Part shown: positions 11,899 through 25,100 of the stretch, piece after piece
How positions within the stretch are numbered: position 1 is the stretch's first letter
Layout: every line of letters starts with the position of its first letter
Assembly: GCF_030013595.1 (NCBI RefSeq)
Contig: NZ_CP122768.1
Source of the DNA: Escherichia coli
GTDB lineage: Bacteria > Pseudomonadota > Gammaproteobacteria > Enterobacterales > Enterobacteriaceae
DNA length: 64,000 bases
Strand: one strand, 5' to 3'
Made by a program: the position numbers and the translations under genes
Notes under the pieces: generated by a model
The model's input: the letters and a program-made list of their open reading frames with translations, nothing else
Databases searched by the model: none
Told to the model about the DNA's origin: nothing

Positions 11899-13233
11899 AT
11901 GAATAATGACAATACCGATTACGTGAGTAATGAATCAGGGACGCTTTCGCGATTATTTAAACTACCTCAGCATGGGACCACCGTCCGCACAGAATTGATT
12001 GCGGGGGTGACCACTTTTTTAACCATGGTGTACATCGTTTTTGTGAACCCGCAAATCCTCGGCGCGGCACAAATGGACCCGAAAGTGGTGTTTGTTACCA
12101 CCTGTTTGATTGCCGGTATCGGCAGTATTGCGATGGGGATATTTGCTAACTTACCCGTGGCGCTGGCTCCGGCAATGGGGCTGAACGCCTTCTTTGCGTT
12201 CGTGGTCGTGGGGGCGATGGGTATCTCCTGGCAGACCGGGATGGGCGCGATATTCTGGGGCGCAATTGGGCTATTTTTGCTCACGCTGTTTCGTATCCGG
12301 TACTGGATGATCTCCAACATTCCATTAAGTTTACGTATTGGTATCACCAGCGGAATCGGATTATTTATTGCCTTAATGGGATTAAAAAACACTGGCGTTA
12401 TTGTCGCCAATAAAGACACCCTGGTGATGATTGGCGATTTAAGTTCTCACGGCGTGTTGTTAGGTATTTTAGGGTTTTTTATTATAACCGTGTTGTCATC
12501 ACGTCATTTTCATGCCGCGGTGCTGGTTTCTATTGTGGTGACGTCTTGCTGTGGCTTATTTTTCGGTGATGTTCATTTTAGCGGCGTCTATTCCATTCCG
12601 CCTGATATTAGCGGCGTCATTGGTGAAGTAGATTTGAGCGGCGCGTTAACACTTGAACTCGCCGGTATCATTTTCTCCTTTATGCTGATCAACCTATTTG
12701 ATTCATCAGGAACATTAATTGGTGTAACTGATAAAGCTGGCTTAATAGATAGTAACGGTCAATTCCCCAATATGAATAAGGCGCTGTATGTTGATAGCGT
12801 CAGTTCGGTGGCAGGCGCATTTATTGGTACCTCATCTGTTACTGCCTATATTGAAAGTACTTCTGGTGTGGCGGTCGGTGGTCGCACGGGGCTGACGGCT
12901 GTCGTGGTCGGCGTTATGTTCCTGTTAGTTATGTTCTTCTCACCGCTGGTGGCGATGGTTCCTCCTTACGCAACCGCCGGAGCGTTAATCTTTGTTGGCG
13001 TGTTGATGACCTCAAGCCTGGCGCGCGTTAACTGGGATGATTTTACCGAATCGGTGCCTGCGTTTGTTACCACGGTGATGATGCCCTTTACTTTCTCGAT
13101 CACCGAAGGGATTGCACTTGGCTTTATGTCGTACTGCATCATGAAAGTGTGCACCGGGCGCTGGCGCGATCTGAACCTGTGTGTAGTGGTGGTCGCAGCT
13201 CTGTTTGCACTGAAGATTATTCTGGTGGATTAG
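11899..13233 (+). CDS. adeQ: Adenine permease AdeQ (NCS2 family)
   Basis: Product from internal ATG MNNDNTDYVSNESGTLSRLFKLPQHGTTVRTELIAGVTTFLTMVYI... matches AdeQ (YicO); divergent from ade. Confidence 0.88.
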   Translation: MNNDNTDYVSNESGTLSRLFKLPQHGTTVRTELIAGVTTFLTMVYIVFVNPQILGAAQMDPKVVFVTTCLIAGIGSIAMGIFANLPVALAPAMGLNAFFAFVVVGAMGISWQTGMGAIFWGAIGLFLLTLFRIRYWMISNIPLSLRIGITSGIGLFIALMGLKNTGVIVANKDTLVMIGDLSSHGVLLGILGFFIITVLSSRHFHAAVLVSIVVTSCCGLFFGDVHFSGVYSIPPDISGVIGEVDLSGALTLELAGIIFSFMLINLFDSSGTLIGVTDKAGLIDSNGQFPNMNKALYVDSVSSVAGAFIGTSSVTAYIESTSGVAVGGRTGLTAVVVGVMFLLVMFFSPLVAMVPPYATAGALIFVGVLMTSSLARVNWDDFTESVPAFVTTVMMPFTFSITEGIALGFMSYCIMKVCTGRWRDLNLCVVVVAALFALKIILVD

Positions 13234-13285
13234 TAACTGGCGAGGGTTTCCAGATATCATGAGTTCTGATTACGCAGGAGAACTC

Positions 13286-13738
13286 ATGATCTGGATAATG
13301 CTCGCCACGCTGGCGGTGGTGTTTGTGGTTGGTTTTCGGGTGCTGACATCCGGGGCCAGAAAAGCGATTCGCCGTCTCAGCGATCGGCTGAATATCGATG
13401 TCGTACCCGTGGAGTCGATGGTCGATCAAATGGGAAAGTCAGCCGGTGACGAATTTTTACGTTATTTGCATCGCCCGGATGAGTCGCACCTGCAAAACGC
13501 CGCGCAGGTGTTGCTCATCTGGCAAATTGTCATTGTCGATGGTAGCGAACAGAACCTGCTGCAATGGCATCGGATTTTACAAAAAGCCCGCCTTGCCGCT
13601 CCCATTACCGATGCTCAGGTCAGGCTGGCGCTGGGTTTTCTGCGCGAAACCGAACCTGAAATGCAGGATATTAATGCTTTTCAGATGCGCTATAACGCGT
13701 TCTTTCAGCCTGCCGAGGGCGTTCACTGGCTGCATTAA
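13286..13738 (+). CDS. yicN: DUF1198 family protein YicN
   Basis: Product from internal ATG MIWIMLATLAVVFVVGFRVLTSGARKAIRRL... matches YicN. Confidence 0.82.
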   Translation: MIWIMLATLAVVFVVGFRVLTSGARKAIRRLSDRLNIDVVPVESMVDQMGKSAGDEFLRYLHRPDESHLQNAAQVLLIWQIVIVDGSEQNLLQWHRILQKARLAAPITDAQVRLALGFLRETEPEMQDINAFQMRYNAFFQPAEGVHWLH

Positions 13739-13744
13739 AACCGC

Positions 13745-13812
13745 TTCGTCTTATCAGCCTACAGACCGCGCCTGACCTGTCGGGTGGATAAGACGTTCAC
13801 GCCGCATCCGGT
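13745..13812. repeat. REP/BIME-like extragenic palindromic element
   Basis: GGATAAGACGTTCACGCCGCATCCGGTA resembles the reverse complement of the classic REP consensus, preceded by an inverted partial copy (CGTCTTATCAGCCTACAG). Confidence 0.65.
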
Positions 13813-13853
13813 ATCGGAACTGACAGTAGGTGAACGCATTATCTACGTTCTAT

Positions 13854-14177
13854 TTACAGCAGCACCTCCAGCCCGTGTTTTTGCACAATGCTGAGCAGTT
13901 TTAATGAAATGCCATTGGGGCGTTTAGCGCCACTTTCCCATTTTTGTACAGTTGAAACGCTGGTATTGAGATAGTGAGCGAAGACGGGCTGACTCACTTT
14001 TAATTTTTCCCGCAGTGCTTTTATCTCAACAGGTTGTAAGTCTTGCACGCTGGTCAGGCAGGCTTTGTCAAAAGTACGCATCGTTTCGGCAGAAATCGCA
14101 TCGACGCTGGACAATCCAGCCGCTGCGCTGTGAATAGCCTCAAATGCAGGACTTTTAAATTTAGTTTTTGCAGTCAT
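13854..14177 (-). CDS. XRE-family helix-turn-helix protein, candidate antitoxin (HigA-like)
   Basis: 107-aa product with C-terminal HTH (LKVSQPVFAHYLNTSVSTVQKWESGAKRP); overlaps the 3-prime end of the upstream small ORF by 17 nt. Confidence 0.6.
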   Translation of the reverse strand: MTAKTKFKSPAFEAIHSAAAGLSSVDAISAETMRTFDKACLTSVQDLQPVEIKALREKLKVSQPVFAHYLNTSVSTVQKWESGAKRPNGISLKLLSIVQKHGLEVLL

Positions 14178-14520
14178 AGCAGATCTCTGTCAGTTCTTTA
14201 GTGTTAATCATTGCTGTTAGTTGGGCTTTCGTCAGGAAGGCATAATGCTTTGCAAGTTCACGAAACCCAGCCAGTTCCTGACTATTGATGTTCGACATAT
14301 CCTGTTTTGCATATAAAAACGTGTAAAACCAATTGCTTCCCCCTTTCGCCAGAATAATTGCACGCTCACGATTTTTGTGAAGGCGCTTTTTAAAAACGCC
14401 ACCACCAAGTACATCAGCTTTACCTTGTTCCGTTTCTAAAATGGCCCGGCACAACTCTTCATCTGTTATTGCATGAGACCTGGCTTCCCTTGCAAACCAT
14501 TTCGTTTTAAACACGCGCAT
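14161..14520 (-). CDS. Candidate toxin of a HigB/RelE-like type II toxin-antitoxin pair (toxin-first arrangement)
   Basis: 119-aa basic protein immediately upstream of, and overlapping, the XRE gene; family assignment is from gene context and size, not a recognised motif. Confidence 0.45.
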   Translation of the reverse strand: MRVFKTKWFAREARSHAITDEELCRAILETEQGKADVLGGGVFKKRLHKNRERAIILAKGGSNWFYTFLYAKQDMSNINSQELAGFRELAKHYAFLTKAQLTAMINTKELTEICYDCKN

Positions 14521-14746
14521 ATCGTTGAGGTCCTGTTATTAAAGTATATCACCAAGTGCAATACTTTATCCCTTGTTCCCAACACAATCGCGAAAATACA
14601 TATCACCTTGCCCTATGATTTTTATTTCTTCGAGCAGCCTCGAACTTTCCCACAACACCGTAAAAGTTGCAAAAACGTTAAATGCGTCACACATTTCAAT
14701 GTTAAAGTGGTCGGCTTTTCCCCTGAAACATGCCACGGGTAACACC

Positions 14747-15931
14747 ATGAGTGAATTTATTGCCGAAAACCGCGGCGCGGATGCCATCACCCGACCGAAC
14801 TGGTCAGCCGTTTTCTCGGTGGCGTTTTGTGTCGCCTGTCTGATTATCGTTGAGTTTTTGCCCGTCAGTTTGTTGACGCCAATGGCCCAGGATTTAGGCA
14901 TTTCGGAGGGGGTTGCCGGGCAATCGGTGACCGTGACCGCCTTTGTGGCAATGTTTGCCAGTTTGTTTATTACCCAGACAATTCAGGCCACTGACCGCCG
15001 CTACGTTGTTATTTTGTTTGCCGTTTTGCTGACGCTCTCCTGCTTGCTGGTTTCCTTTGCTAACTCATTCAGTTTGCTTTTAATCGGTCGTGCCTGTCTG
15101 GGGCTGGCGCTGGGCGGGTTCTGGGCGATGTCGGCGTCGCTGACCATGCGTCTGGTGCCGCCGCGTACGGTGCCGAAGGCGCTGTCGGTGATCTTCGGCG
15201 CGGTTTCTATTGCGCTGGTGATTGCCGCGCCGTTGGGCAGTTTTTTAGGCGAGCTTATCGGTTGGCGCAATGTCTTTAATGCGGCGGCGGTGATGGGCGT
15301 GCTGTGTATTTTCTGGATTATCAAATCATTGCCCTCGCTGCCAGGCGAACCCTCGCATCAGAAACAAAATACTTTCCGCTTATTACAACGTCCGGGAGTG
15401 ATGGCAGGGATGATCGCCATCTTCATGTCTTTCGCCGGGCAGTTTGCTTTCTTCACGTATATTCGCCCGGTGTATATGAACCTGGCGGGATTCAGCGTGG
15501 ATGGCTTAACGCTGGTGCTGTTGAGTTTTGGTATCGCCAGCTTTATTGGTACGTCGCTTTCGTCGTTCATTCTTAAACGTTCGGTAAAACTGGCCTTAGC
15601 GGGTGCGCCGTTAATACTGGCTGTGAGTGCGTTGGTGCTGACGTTGTGGGGAAGCGATAAAATCGTTGCTACCGGCGTAGCGATTATCTGGGGGCTAACT
15701 TTTGCATTGGTTCCGGTCGGCTGGTCAACGTGGATCACTCGCTCACTGGCCGATCAGGCAGAAAAAGCCGGGTCTATTCAGGTGGCGGTTATTCAGCTTG
15801 CTAATACCTGTGGCGCGGCAATCGGTGGTTATGCGCTGGATAATATTGGTCTGACTTCGCCGTTGATGTTGTCCGGCACATTGATGTTGCTGACGGCGTT
15901 ATTGGTCACCGCAAAGGTGAAAATGAAGTAA
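14747..15931 (+). CDS. nepI: Purine ribonucleoside efflux pump NepI (MFS)
   Basis: Product from internal [40 protein letters not shown]... with 12-TM MFS character matches NepI (YicM). Confidence 0.88.
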   Translation: MSEFIAENRGADAITRPNWSAVFSVAFCVACLIIVEFLPVSLLTPMAQDLGISEGVAGQSVTVTAFVAMFASLFITQTIQATDRRYVVILFAVLLTLSCLLVSFANSFSLLLIGRACLGLALGGFWAMSASLTMRLVPPRTVPKALSVIFGAVSIALVIAAPLGSFLGELIGWRNVFNAAAVMGVLCIFWIIKSLPSLPGEPSHQKQNTFRLLQRPGVMAGMIAIFMSFAGQFAFFTYIRPVYMNLAGFSVDGLTLVLLSFGIASFIGTSLSSFILKRSVKLALAGAPLILAVSALVLTLWGSDKIVATGVAIIWGLTFALVPVGWSTWITRSLADQAEKAGSIQVAVIQLANTCGAAIGGYALDNIGLTSPLMLSGTLMLLTALLVTAKVKMK

Positions 15932-16132
15932 CGTATTTACAGGAGGGGTTACTGCTCTGGCGGGAAGCTCTCCTGTTCTTCCTCCTGATAATCCTTGATC
16001 AGGTATTGTTCTTATCTTGTTGTTATTTCCATTATTCCGCCTGTATTCATCATTTGCTAATCATGAATCATCATTTTCCCTCATGTTAAAGAAAGGTCAT
16101 TTAATCTGAACGCATAGCGACAGGGATGACAA

Positions 16133-19100
16133 ATGGCAGGGAAAGCGCATGGGAATGGCGATCGTCGGGGCGATAACACCATATGTGGATTGGGGGATCG
16201 TCTACGTCGTCTGACCGCCGGTATTTGCCTGATAACACAAACTATTTTCCCTGTTATGGCTGCTGCCCCTACGCATATTAATCCTGCGCATTCGGATACT
16301 GCCGCGTCACTGATCCTGCCAAACGTTAAAACTATTCCATATACCCTGGGTGCGTTGGAATCGCCACCAACGGTCGCGGCACGCTTTGGTATCACCGTTG
16401 ATGAATTACGTCGCCTGAATCAGTTCCGTACCTTTGCGCGGGGCTTTGACAATGTGCGTCAGGGCGATGAAATAGATGTGCCCCTCATTAACAGTAACAG
16501 CCCTGAAGCGCGCAACCTGAAAGCAATGCAGATGGAGCGCGACGGCAAAGATCCGCAAATGCAGGTCGCGGAAGTGGCGCAGCAAAGCGGAACACTTTTA
16601 GCTCGCGATATGGACAGCGAACAGGCGGCGAGTATGGCGCGTGGCTGGGTGGCTTCTTCTGCATCTGCGCAGGCAACGGACTGGCTCAGTCGTTGGGGAA
16701 CTGCCAGGGTATCTCTTGGTGTGGATGAAGATTTCAGCCTTAAAAGCTCGTCATTTGAATTTCTCCATCCTTGGTACGAAACGCCGGATAACCTGGTCTT
16801 CAGCCAGCACACACTTCACCGTACGGATGATCGCACTCAAACCAACCACGGTATCGGCTGGCGTTATTTCACATCGAGCTGGATGTCTGGCGTCAATATG
16901 TTTATCGATCATGACCTGACCCGCTATCACACCCGAACCGGGATGGGCGTTGAATACTGGCGCGATTACCTGAAACTGAGCGGCAACGGTTATCTGCGCC
17001 TCAGTAACTGGCGTAGTGCACCGGAACTGGACAATGACTATGAAGCACGTCCGGCGAACGGTTGGGATCTTCGCGCCGAAGGCTGGTTACCGGCCTGGCC
17101 GCAGCTGGGCGGAAAGCTGGTCTATGAACAATATTATGGCGATGAAGTGGCGCTGTTTGGTAAAGACGAGCGACAAAATGATCCTCACGCGATTACCGCA
17201 GGTTTGAGTTACACCCCCGTTCCCCTGATCTCCTTTAGTGCCGAGCAACGGCAGGGCAAACAGGGAGAAAACGACACCCGAATTGGTATGGAGTTGACGT
17301 TGCAACCCGGTCATTCACTGCAAAAACAGCTCGATCCGGCTGAAGTTGCAGCACGACGCAGCCTTGCGGGCAGTCGCTATGACCTGGTCGATCGTAATAA
17401 CAATATTGTCCTCGAATATCGCAAGAAAGAGCTGGTGCGGTTGACGCTGACCGATCCGCTGAAAGGCAAGCCGGGTGAGGTTAAATCGCTGGTTTCTTCC
17501 TTGCAAACCAAATATGCGCTGAAAGGTTATGACATTGAAGCCGCCTCCCTGCAATCAGCGGGCGGAAAAGTAGCTGTTTCCGGCAAGGATATTCAGGTCA
17601 CCATTCCTCCCTACCGATTCACGGCAATGCCTGAAACCGACAACACTTACCCGATAGCGGTTACAGCGCAAGATTCGAAAGGAAATTTCTCCCGGCGTGA
17701 AGAAAGTATGGTGGTCGTGGAAAAACCCACACTAAGCCTCGCCGATTCAACGCTTTCTGTCGATCTGCAAATCCTGCTTGCTGATGGAAAATCAACCTCA
17801 ACGCTGACCTATACCGCGCGAGATTCCAGCGGCAAGCCGATCCCCGGTATGACGTTAAAAACACAGGCAAAAGGTTTGCAGGATTTCGCCTTAAGCGAAT
17901 GGAAAGACAACGGCAACGGAACCTATACCCAAATAGTTACCGCCGGGAAGACGTCTGGCGCGTTATCGCTGATGCCGCAATTTAACGGCGACGATATCGC
18001 TAAGACGCCGGCGCTGATTGCTATCGTGGCGAATACGGCATCCCGCGCTGACTCCACGATTGAGACAGACCAGGATAATTACGTCGCGGGTAAGCCGATA
18101 GTCGTTAAAGTGACCCTGAAAGATGATAACGGCAACGGGGTTACCGGAAGAAAAGAACTTCTTAAACAAGCCGTTAAAGTAGACAACACGAAGGCTGATG
18201 CCGTTAGTGCCTGGACGGAAGAAAGTGAGGGAATTTACAAAGCAAGCTATACGGCCCATCTCATTGGCGACAAATTAACGGCCCAGCTGACGATGCCGGG
18301 CTGGCAAACCAAACATTCGGATGCGTTCAGTATTGCGGGTGATAAAGATACCGCCAAAATCGCAGCGATGCAGATCACCGCGAATAACGCAGTTGCCAGA
18401 CGCGATCACAATACCGTCGCTGTGACGGTCAGGGATGTGCATCAAAATTTACTGCAGGGACAAAATGTTACCTTCACGGTCGTGAATGGTGCGGCGGTTT
18501 TTGCCGATCCAAATGGCGGTATTGTGACGACAGATAAAGACGGGATTGCCAGCGTTAACCTTGCCAGTGACCAGGCGGTAAACAGTCTTATCAAGGCCGA
18601 GACCAATGGCAGTAGTCAGTCTGTGGAAGTGAGCTTTATCACTGGCGATATCTCGCAGCTGACTTCCACCATCAAGACGGACGATGTGTCATACACCGCG
18701 GGTGGCAAGATAAAAGTGTCCGTCACCCTTATGGATGAGCAGAAAAACCTGGTGAAAGGGATGGCTTCGCTGCTGGCGGGTAGCGGTGTGGTCGAGGTGA
18801 GCGGTACAGATAAAAATGAAACGGGTAACTGGAGCGAAGAGTCTGACGGCGTTTATACCACCACCCGAACCGCGAAGATTGCTGGCGATCGCCATTACGC
18901 CACGCTGAAACTATCGACATGGAGTAGCGCGCAGCAATCCGATGCGTATGCCATCCGCGAAAGCGGAGCTGTGTTGGCTTATTCCTCCATCGTTACCGAC
19001 AAAATGGCCTACACCGCGGGCGGTGCGATAAAAGTTACGGTAACACTCAAGGATAGCTATGAAAACCTGGTCGGGGGGCAACGAGACGCTATCAATCAGG

Positions 19101-22100
19101 TTATCCAGCTGCCAAATACAAAAGCGGAAAGCATCGCCTGGAATGAAGATCAAAAAGGAATTTATACCGCAACGTATACCGCATTACTCCCTGGCACCGG
19201 TTTAAAAGCACAGCTACAGATCTCCGGCTGGGCGAGCGCTTTGACTTCAAATGATTACAGTATTAGTGGCGATGCCGCCAGCGCACAAATTGTCGCGATG
19301 CAAGTGACAACGGGTAACCCGGATGTGCTGGCGAATGGCAGCGATCGACATACGGTGAATGTCCGGGTGGAAGATCAGTTTGGTAATGTGCTGCCGGAGC
19401 AGACCGTCACCTTTACGGTGACGAAAGGGGCGGCTGTATTTGCCAATGCAAGGCAGAGCGCAGATATCAGGACGGATGCGCATGGCATGGCAGAGGTTGA
19501 TCTGAGCAGTACCGTAGCGGATGCCAGCACTGTTGAGGCTAAGGTCAATCAAAGCAGCGATAGTAAAACGGTGAACTTTGTTGCTGATGTTAGCACGGCG
19601 CAGGTCGCGGAGCTGGTGGTCATTAAGGATGGTTCAGAGGCGGACGGTTCGACGGCGAACACGCTGCGGGTGAAGGTCACCGATGCGTTCGGTAATACGC
19701 TTGCCGGGCAGACGGTCAGCGTGTTGGCAGGCAACGGTGCCACGACTGCTCCGACGGTCACCACGCAGCCGGATGGCACGGTGGAGATCAGTGTCACCAG
19801 CCAGACCGCCGGAACCAGTGTGATCACCGCCAGCGTCAACAACAGCAGCCAGAGCCGGGATGTGACGTTTATCGCCGATGTCAGGACGGCGCAGATCGCG
19901 GATCTGGTGGTCACCCGGGATAACTCGGTGGCGGACGGTTCGACGGCGAACACGCTGCGGGCGAGGGTGACCGATGCGTTCGGTAATGCGCTTGCTGGGC
20001 AGACAGTCAGCGTGTTGGCGGACAACGGTGCAACGGTCGCTTCGACGATGACCACAAAGCCGGACGGCACGGTGGAAATCAGTGTCACCAGTCAGACCGC
20101 CGGAATCAGTGCGGTCACCGCCAGCATCAACAACAGCAGCCAGAGCCGGAACGTGACGTTTGTCGCCGATGTCAGGACGGCTCAGATCGCGGACCTGGTG
20201 GTCATTAAGGACGACTCAGTGGCAGACGGTGCAATGGCGAATATGCTGCGGGCGAGGGTCACCGATGCGTTCGGTAATGCGCTTGCCGGGCAGACGGTCA
20301 GCGTGTTGGCGGACAACAGCGCAACGACTGCCCCGACGGTAATCACAGAGCCGGACGGCACGGTGGAGATCAGTGTCACCAGCCAGACGGCGGGAGCCAG
20401 TACTGTCACTGCCAGCATCAACAGCAGCAGCCTGAGCCGGACCGTGACGTTTATCGCCGATGTCAGGACGGCGCAGATCGCGGATCTGGTAGTCACCCGG
20501 GATAACTCAGTGGCAGACGGTGCAATGGCGAATATGCTGCGGGCGAGGGTCACCGATGCGTTCGGTAATGCGCTTGCCGGGCAGACGGTCAGCGTGATGG
20601 CAGACAACGGTGCCACGACTGCTCCGACGGTAATCACAGAGCCGGACGGCACGGTGGAGATCAGTGTCACCAGCCAGACGGCGGGCAGCAGTGCGGTCAC
20701 CGCCAGCATCAACAGCAGCAGCCAGAGCCGGAACGTGACGTTTGTCGCCGATGTCAGGACGGCGCAGATCGCGGACCTGGTGGTCATTAAGGACGACTCA
20801 GTGGCAGACGGTGCAATGGCGAATATGCTGCGGGCGAGGGTCACCGATGCGTTCGGTAATGCGCTTGCCGGGCAGACGGTCAGCGTGTTGGCAGGCAACG
20901 GTGCCACGACTGCTCCGACGGTCACCACGCAGCCGGACGGCACGGTGGAGATCTCTGTCACCAGCCAGACGGCGGGCACCAGTGCGGTCACCGCCAGCAT
21001 TAACAACAGCAGCCAGAGCCGGAACGTGACGTTTATCGCCGATGTCAGCACGGCGCAGATCGCGAGTCTGGAGGTGACGCAGGATAACGCCGTGGCAGAC
21101 GGTGCGACGGCGAACACGCTGCGGGTGAGGGTGACTGATGCATTCGGTAATGCGCTTGGCGGACAGACGGTCAGCGTGATGGCAGACAACGGTGCAACGG
21201 TGTCTCCGACGGTCAGTACAGGGCCGGACGGCACGGTGGAAATCAGTGTCACCAGCCAGACGGCAGGCACCAGTGCGGTCACTGCCAGCATTAACAGCAG
21301 CACCCTGAGCCGGAACGTCACGTTTGTCGCGGATGTCAGGACGGCGCAGATCGCGGACCTGGTGGTCATTAAGGACGACTCAGTGGCAGACGGTGCAATG
21401 GCGAATACGTTGCGGGTGAGGGTGACCGATGCGTTCGGTAATGCGCTTGCCGGACAGACGGTCAGCGTGATGGCGGACAACGGTGCAGCGGTCGCTTCGA
21501 CGGTCACCACAAAGCCGGACGGCACGGTGGAGATCAGTGTCACCAGCCAGACGGCAGGAATCAGTGTGGTCACCGCCAGCATCAACAACAGCATCCAGAG
21601 TCAGAACGTGACGTTTGTCGCGGATGTCAGGACGGCGCAGATCGCTGATCTGGTGGTGACGCAGGACGGCTCAGTGGCAGACGGTTCGACGGCGAACATG
21701 CTGCGGGTGAGGGTGACGGATGCGTTCGGTAATGCGCTTGCCGGGCAGACGGTCAGCGTGATGGCAGGCAACGGCGCAACGGTGTCTCCGACGGTCACTA
21801 CAGAGCCGGACGGCACGGTGGAGATCAGTGTCACCAGTCAGACGGCGGGCACCAGTGCCGTCACTGCAACCATCAACAGCGGCAGCCAGAGCCGGGATGT
21901 GACGTTTATCGCCGATGTCAGGACGGCGCAGATAGCGAGTCTGGAGGTGACGCAGGATAACTCAGTGGCTGACGGCGCAATGGCGAACACGCTGCGGGTG
22001 AAGGTCACCGATGCGTTCGGTAATGCGCTTGCCGGGCAGACGGTCAGCGTGACGGTAGGCAACGGCGCAACGGTCGCTCCGACTGCCATCACAGGGCCGG

Positions 22101-25100
22101 ACGGTACGGTGGAGATCAGTGTCACCAGTCAGACGGCGGGCACCAGTGCCGTCACCGCAACCATCAACAGCAGCAGCCAGAGCCGGAACGTGACGTTTAT
22201 CGCCGATGTCAGCACGGCGCAGATCGCGAGTCTGGAGGTGACGCAGGATAACGCCGTGGCAGACGGTTCGACGGCGAACACGCTGCGGGCGAGGGTCACG
22301 GATGCGTTCGGTAATACGCTTGCCGGGCAGACGGTCAGCGTGACGGCAGACAACAGTGCAATGGTCGCTCTGACGGTGATTACAGAGCCGGACGGCACAG
22401 TGGAGATCAGTGTCACCAGTCAGACGGCAGGCACCAGTACAGTCACTGCCAGCATCAACAGCAGCAGCCTGAGCCGGAACTTGACGTTTGTCGCCGATGT
22501 CAGCACGGCAAAAATAGCGGATCTGGTCGTTATCCAGGATAACTCAGTGGCTGACGGCGCAATGGCGAACACGCTGCGGATGAGGGTCACGGATGCATTC
22601 GGTAATACGCTTGGCGGACAGACGGTCAGCGTGACGGCAGACAACAGTGCAATGGTCGCTTCGACTGTCATCACAGGGCCGGACGGTACGGTGGAGATCA
22701 GTGTCACCAGCCAGACGGCGGGGATCAGTACTGTCACTGCATCCATCAACAACAGCAGCCTGAGCCGGGACGTGACGTTTGTTGCCGATGTCAGGACGGC
22801 GCAGATCGCTGATCTGGTGGTCATTAAGGATGGTTCAGAGGCGGACGGTTCGACGGCGAACACGCTGCGGGCGAGGGTGACCGATGCGTTCGGGAATGCA
22901 CTTGCCGGGCAGACGGTCAGCGTGTTGGCGGACAACGGCGCAACGACAGCCCCGACGGTCATCACAGAGCCGGACGGCACGGTGGAGATCAGTGTCACCA
23001 GTCAGACGGCGGGAGTCAGTACTGTCACTGCCAGCATCAACAGCAGCAGCCTGAGCCGGAACGTGACGTTTGTCGCGGATGTCAGGACGGCGCAGATCGC
23101 GGATCTGGTGGTCATTAAGGATGGTTCAGAGGCGGACGGTTCGACGGAGAACACGCTGCGGGCGAGGGTGACCGATGCATTCGGTAATGCGCTTGCCGGG
23201 CAGACGGTCAGCGTGTTGGCGGACAACGGCGCAACGGTCGCCCCGACGGTCACCACGCAGCCGGACGGTACGGTGGAGATCTCTGTTACCAGCCAGACGG
23301 CGGGAGTCAGTGCGGTCACCGCCAGCATCAACAACAGCAGCCTGAGCCAGAGCGTGAAGTTTATTGCCGATGTCAGCACGGCGCAGATCGCGATGCTGGA
23401 AGTGACGCAGGATAACGCGGTGGCAGACGGTTCGACGGCGAATACGCTGCAGGTGAAGGTCACCGATGCTAACGGTAATACGCTTGCCGGACAGGCGGTC
23501 AGCGTGTTGGCAGGCAACAGCGCAACGGTTGCTTCGACGGTGACCACAAAGCCGGACGGCACGGTGGAGATCAGTGTCACCAGTCAGACGGCAGGCACCA
23601 GTACAGTCACTGCCAGCATCAACAGCAGCAGCCTGAGCCGGAATGTGACGTTTGTCGCCGATGTCAGCACGGCAAAAATAGCGGATCTGGTCGTTATCCA
23701 GGATAACGCGGTGGCTGACGGCGCAATGGCGAACACGCTGCGGATGAGGGTCACGGATGCATTCGGTAATACGCTTGGCGGACAGACGGTCAGCGTGACG
23801 GCAGACAACAGTGCAATGGTCGCTTCGACGGTGACCACAAAGCCGGACGGTACGGTGGAGATCAGTGTCACCAGCCAGACGGCGGGGATCAGTACTGTCA
23901 CTGCATCCATCAACAACAGCAGCCTGAGCCGGGACGTGACGTTTGTCGCCGATGTCAGCACGGCAAAAATAGCGGATCTGGTCGTTATCCAGGATAACGC
24001 GGTGGCTGACGGCGCAATGGCGAACACGCTGCAGGTGAGGGTCACCGATGCATTCGGTAATGCGCTTGCCGGGCAGACGGTCAGCGTGATGGCAGGTAAC
24101 GGCGCAACGGTCGCTCCGACGGTGATCACAGAGTCGGACGGGACGGTGGAAATCAGCGTCACCAGCCAGACGGCGGGAGTCAGTGCAGTCACTGCAACCA
24201 TCAACAACAGCAGCCAGAGCCGGAACGTGACGTTTATCGCCGATGTCAGCACGGCGCAGATCGCGAGTCTGGAGGTGACGCAGGATAACGCCGTGGCAGA
24301 CGGTGCGACGGCGAATACGTTGCGGGCGAGGGTGACCGACGCATTCGGTAATACGCTGGGCGGGCAGACGGTCAGCGTGTTGGCGGATAACGGCGCAACG
24401 GTTGCCCCGACGGTCACCACGCAGCCGGATGGCACGGTGGAGATCTCTGTCACCAGTCAGACGGCGGGAGTCAGTGCGGTCACCGCCAGCATCAACAACA
24501 GCAGCCTGAGCCAGAGCGTGAAGTTTATTGCCGATGTCAGCACGGCGCAGATCGCGATGCTGGAAGTGACGCAGGATAACGCGGTGGCTGACGGCGCAAT
24601 GGCGAACACGTTGCAGGTGAAGGTCACCGATGCATTCGGTAATGCGCTTGCCGGGCAGACGGTCAGCGTGATGGCAGGCAACGGTGCCACGACTGCTCCG
24701 ACGGTCACCACGCAGCCGGACGGCACGGTGGAGATCTCTGTCACCAGCCAGACGGCAGGCACCAGTGCGGTCACTGCCAGCATCAACAGCAGCAGCCTGA
24801 GCCGGAACGTGACGTTTGTTGCCGATGTCAGGACGGCGAAGATCGCGAGTCTGGAGGTGATGCAGGATAACTCAGTGGCTGACGGCGCAATGGCGAACAC
24901 GCTACGGGTGAGGGTGACCGATGCATTCGGTAATGCGCTTGCCGGGCAGACGGTCAGCGTGTTGGCGGACAACGGCGCAACGGTCGCCCCGACGGTCACC
25001 ACGCAGCCGGACGGTACGGTGGAGATCTCTGTTACCAGCCAGACGGCGGGGATCAGTGCGGTCACAGCCAGCATCAACAGCAGCAGTCTGAGCCGGAACG

